A stretch of DNA of 64,000 nt from Mobula hypostoma (lineage: Eukaryota). A program made the translations under genes and the position numbers. The notes under the pieces are model-generated. The model saw only the letters and a program-made list of their open reading frames with translations. It did not search any database and was not told the origin of the DNA. The stretch spans positions 144,584,001 to 144,648,000 of the forward strand of contig NC_086102.1 in NCBI RefSeq assembly GCF_963921235.1, given 5' to 3'. Of the stretch, positions 62,362-64,000 are shown in pieces; positions within the stretch are counted from its first letter, which is position 1, and each line of letters opens with the position of its first letter.

Positions 62362-62921
62362 CACTCAGTGGCCACTTTATTAGGTACTGTACTTCTTATA
62401 CACCTGCTTGGTAATGCAAATATCTAATCAGCCATTCATGGAGCAGCAACCCAATGCATGAAAACATGCAGACATGGTCAAGAGATCAGCTGTTGCTCCG
62501 ACCAAGCATTATAATGGAAAAGAAACGTGATCTAAGTGACATTAACTGTAGAATGATTGTTGGTGTCAGGTGGGATGGTTTGAGTTCTCAGAAACTGCTG
62601 ATCTGGGATTATCATGCACAACAGTCTACACAGAATGCTATGAAAAACAAAAAAAAATTCAGTGAGCGACATCCAGTGTAGTCAACAATTCCTTCTTAAT
62701 GAGAGAGGTCAGAGGAGAATGGCTAAAATCAAGCTGACAGGAAAGTGACAGAAACTCAAATAACCAAGCATTACAACAGCTACAGCGGTAGAGCATTTCT
62801 GAAAGCACAACCCATCAAACATTGAAGACGATGAACTACAGCAGCAAAAAAACACTAACATGTGCTCAGTGGCCCCTTCATTAGGTAACACTCCTGTACC
62901 TAATAAAGAGTCCGCTGAGCG
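62362..62921 (+). mobile_element. Tc1-derived non-autonomous element
   Basis: TA at 62360-62361 and 62922-62923; TIR cactcagtggccactttattaggtac; MEKKRDLSDINCRMIVGVR transposase start. Confidence 0.85.
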
Positions 62922-63409
62922 TAGTGGCATATGCCTAATTATAATACATTACTAATCTCTCCTATACTAACTGAATTCATATGACAACAGCACGAAATAC
63001 TTGAACAAAAGGCAGGTTTGATCCAGTCTCTGCTTATTTCCTGAAACCAGTGGCAGAACTACTGTAGTTTATCATTGACAATTTTTGATGGTCACTTTCT
63101 AATTATTCAAAGATTCAAAGTGCATTTATTTATCGAAGTATGGTATGCAGCATACAACCCTGAAATTTGACTTCCCCATGGACAAAGAACCATGGAACCA
63201 ACCAGTTCAAATAAAAACTTCAAAACCCCCCTCCCCACCACGTGCAAAAAATATTGCGCAGACGACAACAAAAGAAGCTAAATGAAAACTCCTATATTCA
63301 CACAGAGGCAGAGAATGCTACCTAGTGGTACTAAAGCACTAGCCAAGTGTGCCAAGTCACCAACCTGGATCTGGGTAAAATCTATCTGCCTGGTTTCTCC
63401 TTAGAAATG

Positions 63410-63670
63410 GGTGACACATTGGTGCAACAAGTACAAAGGCTGCCCCACACAACCAGGAACCCGGGTTCAATACACATATCTGTGGAGTTTGTACATTCTT
63501 CCTGGGACTGTGCAAACCACTGCCAGCTACTTCAGCTTGTTCCCACATCCTGATGATGTACTGGAAGCTTCAGTTATCTACAGTGTAGGTAAATGCAGAA
63601 GAATGAAAGGGGAGTTAACAAGCATGTGAAAGAGAAATGGTAAGGAAATAGGCGGAAGTTGGCATTGCCT
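63410..63670 (+). mobile_element. Degenerate tRNA-derived SINE (V-SINE-like)
   Basis: B-box-like ccgggttcaatac; tgtggagtttgtacattcttcc core. Confidence 0.65.
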
Positions 63671-64000
63671 GGATCAAAGTCAAAGTAAATTTATTTACAC
63701 TGGAGAGTAATATTTTTTGTAAGTGGTGCTTCCTCAGAAATATTCTATGGTTATGATAGAACATTCACTGCTGAACACAAGTATAATTTCAGACTACTTA
63801 TAGCACATAGGAATTTGGAGAAACAAGAAATAAATTTTTATTGACTATAATACATTTAACAGTGCTGATGCTTTGTACTTGTAATTGTATTTATTTTATT
63901 TCTTACATCTAAGGGAGTAAAAATCTTTATGTTGTGTCTCTGTCACAATGTACAAGCAATAAAGAGGGGAAATGTGGGAGGATTTGTCCACATTATGTAC

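Overview
Eukaryotic, repeat-dense DNA, most likely intergenic or a large intron. The repeat content (CR1, Rex1/Babar, RTE, HERO, L1, L2, Gypsy, Tc1, hAT, Penelope-like elements, V-SINE-like and DeuSINE-like SINEs) suggests a cartilaginous fish, probably a ray; this is inference. No host protein-coding gene could be identified, and every ORF longer than about 200 aa belongs to a transposon or is a transposon antisense frame. Many insertions are nested and several have readable target-site duplications (TSDs). Main observations: (1) the 3' UTR of a near full-length HERO retrotransposon contains all hammerhead-ribozyme core motifs in a non-circularly permuted order; (2) several minimal Penelope-type hammerheads occur in different states of decay; (3) a diverged ~1.93-kb-spaced duplication has a 3' splice site followed by a 119-nt frame ending in TAA in both copies; (4) a hAT-like element has a 6-bp TSD; (5) a putative bipartite RTE derivative has an HDV-like candidate fold. 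Boundaries of degenerate elements are approximate.
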